A DNA stretch of 64,000 nt, taken from assembly GCA_026770705.1 (NCBI GenBank), contig JANJGN010000016.1:28396001-28460000 (forward strand), in the 5' to 3' direction. A program made the translations under genes and the position numbers. Source of the stretch: Isurus oxyrinchus (Eukaryota). Numbering within the stretch: the first letter of the stretch is position 1; the number at the start of each line of letters is the position of its first letter. Under the pieces are notes generated by a model. It was not told the DNA's origin, did not search any database, and saw only the letters and a program-made list of their open reading frames with translations. Positions 52,750-64,000 of this stretch are shown here, piece after piece.

Positions 52750-53830
52750 AGACTCGTGGAACGAGTGACAATTAAGCCAGCTGGATTGAAAAGTGACTTG
52801 GCAACGTGAAGGCAAAGGCAGTGATAAAACGGAAAAATCACTGCCTGGATGACAGTGAGCAACAGCATGGCACACGGATCTGTGTCAGCTCCCTACTGTT
52901 CACATGATTCATAAATAACCCGGAGGAATGTACTTACGTCAAATGTGATGATGATTTCAAGCTAAGTGGCTAGGTAATAAACCTAAGGTAGATAAACAAC
53001 ATTCAAAGCCCCAGACCAATTAAGTCTACTGGCTAAGGAGCTATACATAGATTTTAACTCAGGGAATGCATAATTGTGAAAGAGACAGCAAATGTGTAGA
53101 TAATGAAGAAATACTATATTGTATAATTAAAAACTAACCAGAAACAGCAAGGATCAAGCTGCTTCTGAGATATCCAAGGGAAACAGCTTTATTTTTGTCC
53201 TGCAATAAAGCTGGGGAAGGAAATTAATCTGGGTGTGCTTACTGATCATTCAAAAAGTTTGTAATCACTATGAAGTTTTTTAAATTTGTTTTTGGGATGT
53301 GTGTTGCTGGTAAGGCCAGCACTTATTGCCCATCCCTACCTGCCCTTGAGACAAATCTAATTAAATCCTGGGATTCGGCTTGATGACATTTAACACAAGT
53401 TATTCTAAACGTGTACCAGTGACTATAGTTGCTGAGATCAGATTTGGAACAGTTGCATGTTTTGGTACTTTCCAAAAAGTCATTGCTATATCAGAGAACA
53501 GTGGCAGGAATTATTCTGGGATTTAGAGGATCTAAGTTATGAAGAGAGATGTGCAGAACTGCGCTTGCTTCTGTTAAAATGTAGGGAGAGCGAGGAAGAG
53601 AAATGATTCAAGGTTTTTAAAATGTTGGGGCATGTCAATTATGCAGAAAGAAGCAGGTTATTTGAATTTAACTGGAAGATACAAGGCTTTAAAAATTAAT
53701 TAGCCTCAAGTGAGACTCGGGATTAGAAAAAAATGTCATGATGTTCATTCAGTAGTGGTAATGTGGAACAGACTACCAGCATATAAAATATAAATTATTT
53801 TAAAAAAGAAGAATTGGTAAGCAGCTGATT
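52750..53830 (+). mobile_element. Very old CR1-like RT/3' remnant, with a short LINE/SINE tail at ~53285-53350
   Basis: Degenerate gatgatgatttcaagctaagtgg and agttatgaagagag..aatgattcaaggtttttaaaatg motifs. Confidence 0.5.
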
Positions 53831-53968
53831 GGGAATGTTGTTATGATGGTTAACCAAGGTACTGTCTTGCTATGCTGTTGAGATGGGGTGAAATGGTATT
53901 TTTCAACAATGGTAAACAACACTTCATCATTGAATGTGGATGATGAGGGTGATTAAATAGAATTCTGT

Positions 53969-53974
53969 TTTATT
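53969..53974 (-). terminator. Candidate HYI polyadenylation signal
   Basis: AATAAA on the minus strand ~260 nt after the HYI stop and before the decayed LINE that ends near 53800. Confidence 0.4.
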
Positions 53975-54232
53975 ATGCTTAGGGATCAAGAAATCTTTCT
54001 GTAGAACTTTTGCTGAGGAGATTAAGTGAATAAACTGGATTGTGATTGAGTCAAACATTTTTAATTTCACACTTTTTTATATTCTAACTGGTTTTCAACC
54101 TCTGAAGGGTGCTTTATGAATGGTTGCGCAAATGACCATCCCATAAATTCAGTCTGAATTAGAATCTGATTTCATAGAAATGCAACTGTTGTTACTCAAG
54201 TAGGAGATTCGGCAAATTACTCCTCATCTCCA

Positions 54233-54321
54233 TTACTGACATTCAGTTAGATCAGCCAGCTTATTGGTGCCTTGTTTGGTCCAGTAGCTCCTCAACCAGC
54301 CAAGACCATCCACAGTGTTGC
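54233..54321 (-). CDS. HYI: HYI final coding exon to stop codon
   Basis: Long pyrimidine tract, aacag|GC AAC ACT ... CAG TAA. Encodes GNTVDGLGWLRSYWTKQGTNKLADLTECQ* (human GDTVEGLSWLRSYW). Confidence 0.93.
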
Positions 54322-55235
54322 CTGTTTAAATAAAAAAAAGAGAAAAAAATTAAATGCACATTTTAACAATTAATGGTTGCCATGCCCTATACGCTGGAGC
54401 TCCCTGTATGACCTTATTGTTTTAGGGTGTTCACCTTATGCCTTAAAAGAAATTGTATTGATCTTATTGTGGACAAAAGTAAACAGGAAACCCCCCAAAA
54501 AGTGAGCTTTTTTTAAAAAATAGAATGTTAAATTGTTCCAGAACCCGCTTACTGAATATTTCTGTTTATGGACAGACTACAATAGATTGTAAACTTGTCA
54601 TACAGCTGAAAAACACTGATTTATTGTAAAAGGTAGAATCAACAGATTATTTCTTACTTGCCCAGTAAATGTATGAGCCACCAGGTAAAAATTCAGATTC
54701 CCCTGTAAGCAAACTGTTGCATCCTTTTCTCATTGTATATGCTGGGCTTGAATATACAAAGCCACACAGTTGCTTTGATTTTAATTTCTTTTTATTGTTC
54801 ACGGTCAGTTTCATAAACCCAATGACAATAGTTAAGACTTAAAAACTTAATGGACAGTGCACTTTTTAAAACTTAACTGGATGTGGATGAAGCTAGCTTG
54901 ATTTGTTGAGTCACTACTTTTTGTGATATCCAACTCTCACACAAATATATAAATAATAAAAGGCTATTCAAAGGAAGGTTGGGCCCAATTGGGTACCAAA
55001 AAGGAGACCTTGTGGAGGCAGAGGGCATGGCTGAAGTAGTAAATTAGTTTTCACTCAAGAAGAGCATGCTGCCTATATCACAGTAAAGGAGGAAATAGTA
55101 GAGAAATTGGAAAGGATAAAAACAGATAAAGAGGTGTTAAAGGATGGCAGTGCTCAATGTAGAAAGATCACCCAGTCTGGGATGGGATGCACCCTAGATT
55201 ACTGAGGGAAGTGAGGGTGGATATTGTGGATGTTC

Positions 55236-58200
55236 TTTTTTAAAAAATTCTTTCACAGATGTGGGCATTGCTGACCAGGCCAGCATTTATTGCCCATCCC
55301 TAGTTGCCCTTGAGAAGGTGGTGGTGAGCAGCCTTCTTGAACCGCTGCAGTCCAAGTGGTGTAGGTACACCCACAGTACTGTTTGGGAGGGAGTTCCAGG
55401 ATTTTGACCCAGCGACAGTGAAGGAACGGCGATATATTTCCAAGTCAGGATGGTGAGTGGCTTGGAGGGGAACATCCAGGGTGGTAGTGTTCCCATGTGT
55501 CTCCTGCCCTTGTCCTTCTAGATGGTAGCAGTCATGGATTTGGAAGGTGCTGTCTAAGGACCCTTGGCGAGTTTCTGCAGTGCATCTTGTAGATGGTACA
55601 CAATGCTGCTACTGTGCATCAATGGTGGAGGGAGTGAATGTTTGTGGATGGGATGCCAATCCAGGGGGCTGCTTTGTCCTGGTTGGTGTGAAGCTTCTTG
55701 AGTGTTGTTGGAGCTGCACTCATCCAGGCAAGTGGAGAGTATTCCGTAAAACTCCTGACTTTGCCTTGTAGATGGTGGGCAGGTTTTGGGGAGTCAGGAG
55801 AATCCACAGTCTCTGACCTGTTCTTGCAGCCACAGTAATTATATAGCTGGCTCTGTTCAGTTTCTGGTCAATGGTAACTCCCCCAGGATGTTGATAGTGG
55901 AGGATTCAGTGATGGTAATACTATTGAACAGCAAGGGGCAATGGTTAGCTTTTCTCTTGTTGGAGATGGTCATTGCCTGACACTTGTGTGGCGTGAATGT
56001 TACTTGCCGCATTCAGCCCAAGCCTGAATGTTGTCTAGGTCTTGCTGCATATAGGCATGGACTGCTTCAGTATCTGAGGAGTCGTAAGTGGTGCTGAACA
56101 TTGTGCAATCATCAGCGAACATCCCCACTTCTGACCTTATTATGGAAGGAAGATCATTGATAAAGCAGCTGAAGATAATTGGGCCTAGGACACTACCCTG
56201 AGGAACTCCTGCAGTGATGTCCTGGGACTGAAATGACTGACCTCCAACAACCACAACCATCTTCCTTTGTGCTAGGTATGACTCCAACCAGTGGAGAGTT
56301 TCCCCCCCCCCCCGCCCCCGATTCCCATTGACTCCAGTTTTACATGGGCTCCTTGATGCCACACTCGCTCAAATGCTGCCTTGATGTCAAGGGCAGTCAC
56401 TCTTAACTCTCCTCTGGAGTTCATCTCTTTCGTCCATGCTTGAATCAAAACTGTAATGAAGTCAGAAACTGAGTGGTCCTGGCAGAACCTAAACTAAACA
56501 TCAGTGAGGAGGTTATTGCTGAGTAAGTGCTGCTTGATAGCACTGTTGATGACCCCTTGCATCACTTTACTGATGATTGAGAGCAGACTCATGGGGCAGT
56601 AGTTTACCGGGTTGGATTTATCCTGCTTTTTGTGTACAGGATGTACCTGGGCTATTTTCCACATTGCCACGTAGATGCCAGTGTTGTAGCTGTACTGGAA
56701 CCACTTGGCTAGGGGTGTGGCAAGATCTGGAGCACAAGTCTTCAGAACTACTGCCAGAACATTGTCAGGGCCCATAGCCTTTGTAGAATCCATTGTCCTC
56801 AGCCATGTCTTGATATCATGTGGAGTGAATCAAATTGGCAGAAAACTGGCACCTACGATCATCCACTTGGCACTCCTGTCTGAAGATGGTTGCAAATGCT
56901 TCAGCCTTATCTTTTGCACTGATATGCTGGGCTCCTCCATCATTGAGGAAGGGGATATTTGTTGAGCCTCTTCCTCCAGCGAGTTGTTTAATTGTCCATC
57001 ACCATTCACGACTGGATGTGGCAGAACTGCAGAGTTTAAATTTGTTCCATTGGTTGTGGGATCGCTCAGCTCTGTCTATCACATGCTGTTTACACTGTTT
57101 TGTATGCAATAGTCCTCTGTTGTAGCTTCATCAGATTGAGACTTCATTTTTAGGTAATCCTGGTGCTGCTCCTGATATGCCCTCTTCATTGAACCAGGGT
57201 TGATCCCCCAACATGATAGTAATGGTAGAGTGGGGGATATGCCGAGCCATGATGTTATAGATTGAGGTTGTATACAATTCTGCTGCTGCTGAGGTTCCAC
57301 AGTGCCTCATGAATATTCAGTTTTGAGTTGCTGGATCTGTTCAAAATCTATCCCATTTAGCAAGGCGATAGTGCCACACAATACGATGGAGGGTATCCTC
57401 AATGTGAAGACAGGAATTTGTCTCCACAAGCACTCCTACCAATACTGTCACGGACAGATGCATCTGTGACAGATAGGTTGGTGAGGATGAGGTCAGAAAT
57501 GTTTTCCGTTTTGCTGGTTCCCTCACCACTTGCCGCAGACCCAGTCTTGCAGCTATGTCCTTTAGGTCTCGACTGGCTCAGTCAGTAGTGGTGTTACTGA
57601 GCCAGTCTTGGTGAAAGATATTGAAGTACCCCACCCAGAGTACATTCTGTGCCCTTGCCAGCCTCAGTGCTTCGTCCAAATGGTGTTCAACATGGAGGAA
57701 TATTGATACATCAGCTGAGGAGGCAGGGTAAGTAGTTACCAGCAAGGGGTTTCCCGTCCATGTTTGGCCTGATGTCATGAGACTTCATGGGGTCCAGAGT
57801 CAATGCTGAGGACTCCCAGGGCAACTCCCTCCTGACTGTATACCACTGTACCGCCACCTCTGCTGGGTCTGTCCTGCCGGTGGGCCAAGACCTACCCACG
57901 GATGGTGATGGTGGTGTCTGGGGCATTGTCTATAAGGTATAATTCTGTCAGTATGACTATGTCAGGCTGTTGCTTGACTAGTCTGGGACAGCTCTCCCAA
58001 ATTGGGCACAAGCCTCCAGATGTTAGTAAGGAGGAATTTGTAGGGTTGACAGGGCTGGCTGTGCCGTTGTCATTTCTAGTGCCCAGATCGACACCGGGCT
58101 GCCCGAGTTTCATTCCTTTTAGGCTTCATAGCAGTTTGATACAACTGGGTAGCTTACTAGGCCGTTTTGGAGGGCATTTAAGAGTAAACCACATTGCTGT

Positions 58201-58442
58201 GAGTCTAGAGTCACATGTAGGCCAGACCAGGTAAGGACATTAGTAAACCAGGTGGGTTTTTACGACAATCGACAATGGTTTCATGGTCACTATTACCAAA
58301 ACTAGCTTTTAATTCCAGATTTATTAACTGGATTCAAATTCCACCAGCTGCTGTGCTGGGATTTGAACTGTATCCCAACAACATTGACCTGGCCCTCTGG
58401 ATTACTAATCTAGTGACATTACCACTATGACACCCGCTCCCC
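55236..58442 (-). mobile_element. Apparently full-length single-ORF LINE (APE and RT, decayed) with tRNA-like 5' head; resembles the elasmobranch HER1 LINE / HE1 SINE family
   Basis: PDIVILTE (APE), [38 protein letters not shown] (RT). 3' end ...AGGGATGGGCAATAAATGCTGG. Family name is from recall. Confidence 0.88.
58359..58432 (-). promoter_or_regulatory. tRNA-type (type 2) Pol III internal promoter at the LINE 5' end
   Basis: A-box-like TGTCATAGTGG (58432-58422) ~10 nt from the element start; B-box-like AGTTCAAATCC (58369-58359). Confidence 0.7.
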
Positions 58443-60366
58443 AACTGACCACAATCTTCCAATTTTCCTTAGAAATTGGAGTGGTGCCAGAGGACTGGAG
58501 GATGAAAAAAGTTACACCCCTGTTCAAAAGAAGGGAAGGGGGCTAAACTTGGCAATTCCGAACAATCGGCCTATCATCTGTGGTGAGGAAACTTTTAGAG
58601 ATATGAATCAGTGACAAAATGAACTGACGCTTGGAAAAGTATGGGTTAATAAGTGCAAGGCAGCATGGATTTGTTAAAAGCAAATCATGCTTGGCTCATT
58701 TGATTGAGTTCTCTAGTGAAGTAACGGAACGAGTTGATGAGGTAGTGCAGTTGGTGTTATGTATACGGGTTTTCAGAAATGTTTGATAACCACTGGAGTG
58801 AGCGGTGGCTTGATTGAAGTATATAAGATCCTAAATTGTATTGACAAGGTGGACATGGAAAGGATGTTTCCTCTTGTGGCTGAGTCCAGAGCTAGGGGAC
58901 ATTATTTTAAAGTTAGGGATTACCCTTTTAGGACAGAGACGAGGAGAATTTTCTTCCCTCAGGGGGCTGTGCGACTTTGGAACTCTCTGCCTCAGAAGAT
59001 GGTGGAGACGGGGTCATTGAATATTTTTAAGGCAGAGGTAGATAGATTCTTGTTAGTCGAGGGAATCAAAGGTTATCAGGGGTAGATGGGAATGTGGACC
59101 TTGAAATACAAATAGATCAGCCATGATCTTAATGAATGGCAGAGCAGGCTCAAGGTGCTGAATGGCCTACTTTGGCTCCTATTTCGTATGTTCATATGTA
59201 ATAAAATTGTTAGCAAAATTGAAGCCCCTGGAATTAAAGGGACAATGGCTGCATGGATACAAATTGGTTCAGGGAAAGAAAGAATTGCGTAGTGGTGAAC
59301 AGTTGTTTTTCAGATAGGAGTGATATGTGCGGTGTTGTCCCTCCAAGAGATGGTGCTCTTTTTTATAAATAAAAATAACCAGGGCTTGGGTGTACTGGTA
59401 ACGCTTTCAAAGCTTGCAGATGACATGAAAGCTGGAAATGTAGTGATTAGTGAGGAGGATTGTAACAGACTTCAGGAGGACATGGACTGGTAAAATGGGA
59501 AGGTACATGGCAGTTAGAATCTAATGCAGAAAAATGCAATGTGATTCATTTTGGCAGGAAGAATGAAAAGAGGCAAAAAAACAGAATTATATAATTTTAG
59601 AGTTTTAGTGTAACCTAGGGGTACACATACACAAGTCTTTGATGGTGGCAGGACTAATTGAGAAAGTTATTTAAAAGGCATATGAGTTCTTTGGCTTTAC
59701 AAATAGATGCATAGGTACACTGGTTAGGCCTCAGCTGGAGTATTGTGCTGAATTCTGGGCAGCACACTTCAGGAATAATGTCAAGGCCTTGGAGAGGCTG
59801 CTGAGGAGATTTACAAGAATGGTAATAGGGATGAGAAACTTCAGTTACATGGACAGACTAGAGAAAGTGGGATTGTTCTCCTTAGAGCAGAGATGACTAA
59901 CGGGAAGTTTGACAGAGGGGTTCAAAATCTTGAAATATTTTAATAGAGTAAACAAGGAAAAATTGTTTCCAGTAGCAAAAAGACACCAGAGGACACAGGT
60001 TTAAGACGGTTGACAAAAGAACCAGAGGCGACATGAGGAAACATCTTTTTTATGCAGCAAGTTGTTCTCTTCTGGAATGTATTGCCTGTTGGAGATAGAT
60101 TAAATAATAACTTTCAGTGGGGAGCTGGATAAATACTTGAAAAGGAAGAAGCATGTTGAGCCATGGGTCAAAAGCAGAACATTAAAAGAGCTTTCCAAAT
60201 AATCCCAATGTCCAGCTTTTGAGCTGGCACAGGCATGTGGGCCAAATGGCCTCCTCCTGTCTGTGTGACTCTGCGATCACAAACGTACACTCCCAAATTT
60301 CAGTACTGTGTCTGTAGTATCTAAAGAAAGAAGAGTGTGAAGGAAATGCAATTCTGGGTAACCCAC

Positions 60367-60501
60367 CTTTTGGAGTATATTCGCAGCCTATAAAACCTTG
60401 ATATCCCAATTTCTCCAGCAGGCCGTATATGTAGCTGTAGTTGATCTCTCCGGGACTATCTGGTTCATTCCGGTTAGGAGCTTGTGCGATTTGGACATGA
60501 C
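60367..60501 (-). CDS. HYI: HYI penultimate coding exon
   Basis: atcag|GT CAT GTC ... AAA G|gtgggt. Encodes [45 protein letters not shown], with the HxQ and GCEY motifs of the Hyi/xylose-isomerase-like family. Confidence 0.96.
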
Positions 60502-61384
60502 CTGATGGTAGAAGACACAACACATCAGAGCAGCAATGCAGTACATCCTTCAGGGATCTTAACCAAACAACATGTAAAGTAGGACTCGGGATTAAAAGCG
60601 CAATTATCTCTGACAGGAGATCTCTGCACGGAATTCACTGACAGCCATGTATGCCATTGAGCTTGGTGAACTGAATATTTTTTAATGAAAAACACCATTC
60701 TTAATTATGTTTCTGGGAATGACAGCTTTAGCAGTGTATTGATGGTGGCTGGTTGATTCAATGTAATATCTCATCAGCCTAGGCAAAACTTCAGTGTCCT
60801 CTGCAAATTAACAGACTTTAATGATGTGCCAGTCTCAAATTTGATTGCAATATAATACCCTTTCTGCTGATCAGCACTACACAACTCCAGGTGCTGCTTA
60901 GTGTGATTGAATCATCGGGGAATTAAACTACCCAATACAATCATCAGTTGAACTTCAAGCAGGAACAGGTCATTCAGTACTGGACAAATGAGCGCAGAAC
61001 AATTCTACTTCTACATTCCATGCACAATCCTGCTGTATATGCCCGAGGACTCTTCCACTCGGTACCTTGATTATGAGACATAAGCCGTGAAATGATGGAG
61101 CTTGCAGCTTTAGTAATTCTTGGAGTGTTTTTAACTGCAAGGAAAATGCAATTCTTAAAATTTAATTTTAATTCTAATTTCAGAAATGGGGCTGCTGAAC
61201 CACTCCAATTAACTTCATATAATTTAACATTCTTTCCCACAGCAGCAACGTTTTTGTATGCACTTTTATCCCTAGTTCCTGAAGGCTAGGGTACCCAAAT
61301 AACACCCAGTGAAGATTATCTTGGCATTTTCATTACAGCCATTGTCAGCTGGTAGCACTCTCACCTCCAGAGTCAAATAATTAT

Positions 61385-61720
61385 GCAGAATATACTGTAC
61401 CAAAACAGGCCATTCAGCCCAACCTATTCATGCAGATGTTTATGTGCTGCTTGAGCCTCCTCCCATCCTTCTGTGTCTAACTCTTAACAACGTAAGCATC
61501 TATTCACTTCTCCATCATATGCATCCCCTTAAATGCATCCATACCATGCTCCCTGTGCTGGCGAGTTCCACATTTTAAGCAATGTTCTTCTGAATTTCGT
61601 GTTCAATACCTTTGTGACTATCTTATATTCATGGCCTCTAGTTTTGTTCCACCCCATGAATAGGAACAATCTGTCTGTGGCAACTCTATCAAAACCTTTG
61701 ATAATTTTAACCATCTGAAT
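61385..61720 (-). mobile_element. CR1-like 3' fragment
   Basis: VKIIKGFDRV..LF..KTRGHEYKI. Confidence 0.75.
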
Positions 61721-61721
61721 T

Positions 61722-62810
61722 AGGAGAAAGGAATAAGGTTAACATTTCAGATCGATGACTTTTCAAACTACCCCACCTTCCATGCTAATGCTTCCAATAT
61801 GTTTTCCTTTCCCCTTAGCCGAGGATATCCCTCCATTGTGGTCCACAGGGACCTCAATTGTGTCCATCCCACTTCCCGCACATCTGCTCTAACCCCTTCC
61901 CCTCCCAGAACCAAAATAGGGTTCCCCTGGTCCTTGCTCTGCACCCCACCAGCTTCCACATTCAATGGATTATCCTTTGCTATTTCTGCCACCTCTAGCA
62001 CAATGTCACCACCAAACACACCTTCCCCTCCCAACATTCTGAAGGGACAATTCCCTCCATGAAACCCTGGCCCACTTCCAATAGCACCCCCTTCCCATGA
62101 CAACTTCCGATGGAAACAGAAAATATGCTTTTTACCTCCCCACTTCTCACCCTTCAGGGCCCCAAAACACACCTTCCAGGTGATGCAGCAATTATTTGTA
62201 CCTCTTTCAATTTAGTCCTGCTCATGCTGTGGTCTCCCCTACACTGGGGAGACTAAATGCAGGCTGGATGATTGCTTTGGAGAACACCTCAGTTTAGTCC
62301 ATAATCGTAACCTTGATTACTGGTCAAAAGTCACTACCACTCTGATCTCTCTCTCCTTGGCTTCCTACACTGATACAATGAAACTCAATAGAAGCTGGAG
62401 CAACAGCATCTCATTTTTTGATTAGGCCCTTTACAAGCTTCTGGACTCAACATTGGGTTTAACGGTTTTAGATCTTAACTACTGTTTCCATTTTTCAAAC
62501 AGCAGCTGTTGGTAATTATTCCCATTTACACATCCCCAAGACCCACCTTCTGTTTCTTTACTACTGTTACCATCCCCTTTTGCCTTGCACCATCATCCCT
62601 TTTGTCATTTAATCTCTCTTGCCTACCTCCCTATCACAGACCTTCCCTTTGTTCTTTCCTCCCCTCCCCTTTTCCCTGCCTCTGTAACTTGCTTAAAACC
62701 TATTACATATCCTATGTGCTCCAATTTTGATGAAATGTGAATTTTGCTTCATGCTGCAGATGCTGCCTTACTTGCTGAGTATTTCCAACATTTTGTGTTT
62801 CAATTTATTT
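61722..62810 (+). mobile_element. Decayed Penelope-like element with a short inverted terminal piece at its 5' side
   Basis: ctacactggggagactaaatgcaggctgg (YIGETK region); 3' end gatgctgcc..cttgctgagtatttcc. 61735-61767 is a reverse-complement remnant of the hammerhead region. Confidence 0.8.
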
Positions 62811-63044
62811 ATAATAGGTTTAGATTCTGCGAATGTCATCTCTACAGATGACAAGCAGCACCCACTGTCCAAGCAGCACATCACACAGACACATTGTTAT
62901 CCACGTCCACACATACATGTCGATCCTCCAAACCCGCCGGAAAATTAGCTAGCACCATGTACAATGACTTTCCTAGTACATTGGGAGAACAATGGATACA
63001 AACCCTCTAAAACGCATACATGTAGACTGAAAAGAAGTACTTGC

Positions 63045-63114
63045 CTATCAGAGGGAAGTAGTTGGCAATGTTCTGAGTGAGATTCCCATCCATTATCTGG
63101 CAGTGAAACAAGTC
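63045..63114 (-). CDS. HYI: HYI (hydroxypyruvate isomerase) coding exon, 3rd from last; gene starts beyond the window end
   Basis: Minus strand ttgcag|GAC TTG TTT CAC ... ATA G|gcaagt. Encodes DLFHCQIMDGNLTQNIANYFPLI (human DIFHWQIMDGNLTGNIREFLPI). Donor is GC. Confidence 0.93.
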
Positions 63115-63294
63115 CTGCAAACACAATTCAGTTAATGCAGAAACAGCAAAACAGTCTCTGCACAGAAAACCTCTATGCATTACCTCAGTATGAGGTATCA
63201 AATACACACAGAACAATCTTGTGCAAATACAATGTCTGATCATGTAACAAAAATAGAATGAGATCGAGAATCACATCCCACATTCAGTCAGAGG

Positions 63295-63560
63295 ATAGGT
63301 TTATAGAATTGTACAACAGAGAAAGAGGCCCAACAGTTCTATCCAGGGTATTTAGTTCCACACAAGCTTCCTCCCACCTTACATCATCTCGGCACAGCCT
63401 TCTATTCCTTGCTCCCTCAATTATTTACCTAGCTTCCTCTTAAATGCATCTATGCTAATTGCTTCAACTATTCCATATGGTAGCAAGTTCCACATTCTAA
63501 CCACTCTTGAGTAAAGAAGTTTCTCCCGAACTCTTTATTGGATTTATTAGTGACCATCTT
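63295..63560 (-). mobile_element. CR1-like 3' fragment
   Basis: Similar to 61385-61630 (ttaaatgcatc..gttccacatt). Confidence 0.65.
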
Positions 63561-64000
63561 GACCTTGCCCAGTGAGGCAATGTTATCACTCAAACAATTC
63601 AATTTCACTGAGAAAGGTCCATTAGTAAATATTAAGAGAGGAATTTTTCAAAGTGTCACGACACCAGCGATGCCTCACACGCAACAGAAGACAAGAAAAT
63701 CATTGGCATACTGCCCACAATGTTTTCTTTTTGTCCTTGCATGCAACATTGCAGGCAGTGAACTAATGATTTTCTGATAAGCTGCTTGCTGCTTGTGAGG
63801 CTCACTTGTGGCAAGAGGTTTCACAAATGCTGCCCTATTGTTATAGAAATTACTGCTGGTGGTAACAGCACATGGATGCTTAATGTGTTGGCATGACAAT
63901 CCTCTGTACACTATAACAGGGCATTAACTCCATCATTGCAAACAGAAATTTCTAACCTACAGTTTTCAAACTAAATCTCTAAGTGCATTTTACAGAGAAT

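Larger units (their letters stand above)
54950..60280 (+). mobile_element. CR1-type LINE RT/3' region, split by a 3.2 kb LINE (55236-58442) and a younger CR1 3' fragment (~58790-59200)
   Basis: Host sequence gtggatg|...|actgaccacaatcttccaa rejoins across the insertion. RT motifs continue to a CR1 tail ending near 60280. Confidence 0.85.

Noticed and set aside
58359-58442. Functional tRNA gene
   Set aside because: It has A and B boxes but I could not form a convincing cloverleaf, and it is continuous with a retroelement.
60182-60523. Bacterial-like hyi from contamination or horizontal transfer
   Set aside because: HYI here is split by spliceosomal introns and is syntenic with SZT2 as in other vertebrates.
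1-64000. Most of the supplied 60-150 aa ORFs as independent genes
   Set aside because: They are chance ORFs, antisense frames of exons, or fragments of TE proteins. The real coding sequence is spliced.

Overview
Eukaryotic (vertebrate) genomic DNA. The repeat content suggests a cartilaginous fish such as a shark; that is an inference. The + strand carries the last eight coding exons of SZT2 (KICSTOR subunit), 630-39692. They splice in frame to 471 aa plus a stop, followed by a 3' UTR. The - strand carries the last three coding exons of HYI (hydroxypyruvate isomerase), 63114-54233, tail-to-tail with SZT2; one HYI intron appears to be GC-AG. Most of the remainder is decayed transposable elements: many CR1-type LINE copies (one near full length, with a zinc-finger/SGNH-esterase ORF1), L2-like 3' ends, Penelope-like elements (PLEs), solo LTRs, a Gypsy remnant and Harbinger-like MITEs, often nested. 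Most notable: (1) a ~3.2 kb ORF1-less EN+RT LINE that starts with a tRNA-like Pol III head and has few T-runs on its sense strand; (2) three PLE insertions built as inverted repeats with minimal hammerhead-ribozyme motifs, including a 2.4 kb palindrome in an SZT2 intron and a ~240 bp ORF-less palindrome; (3) an exact 150 bp templated insertion; (4) a solo LTR ending in tandem tRNA-Pro PBS-like units. Family names and human-protein comparisons come from recall, not from searches.
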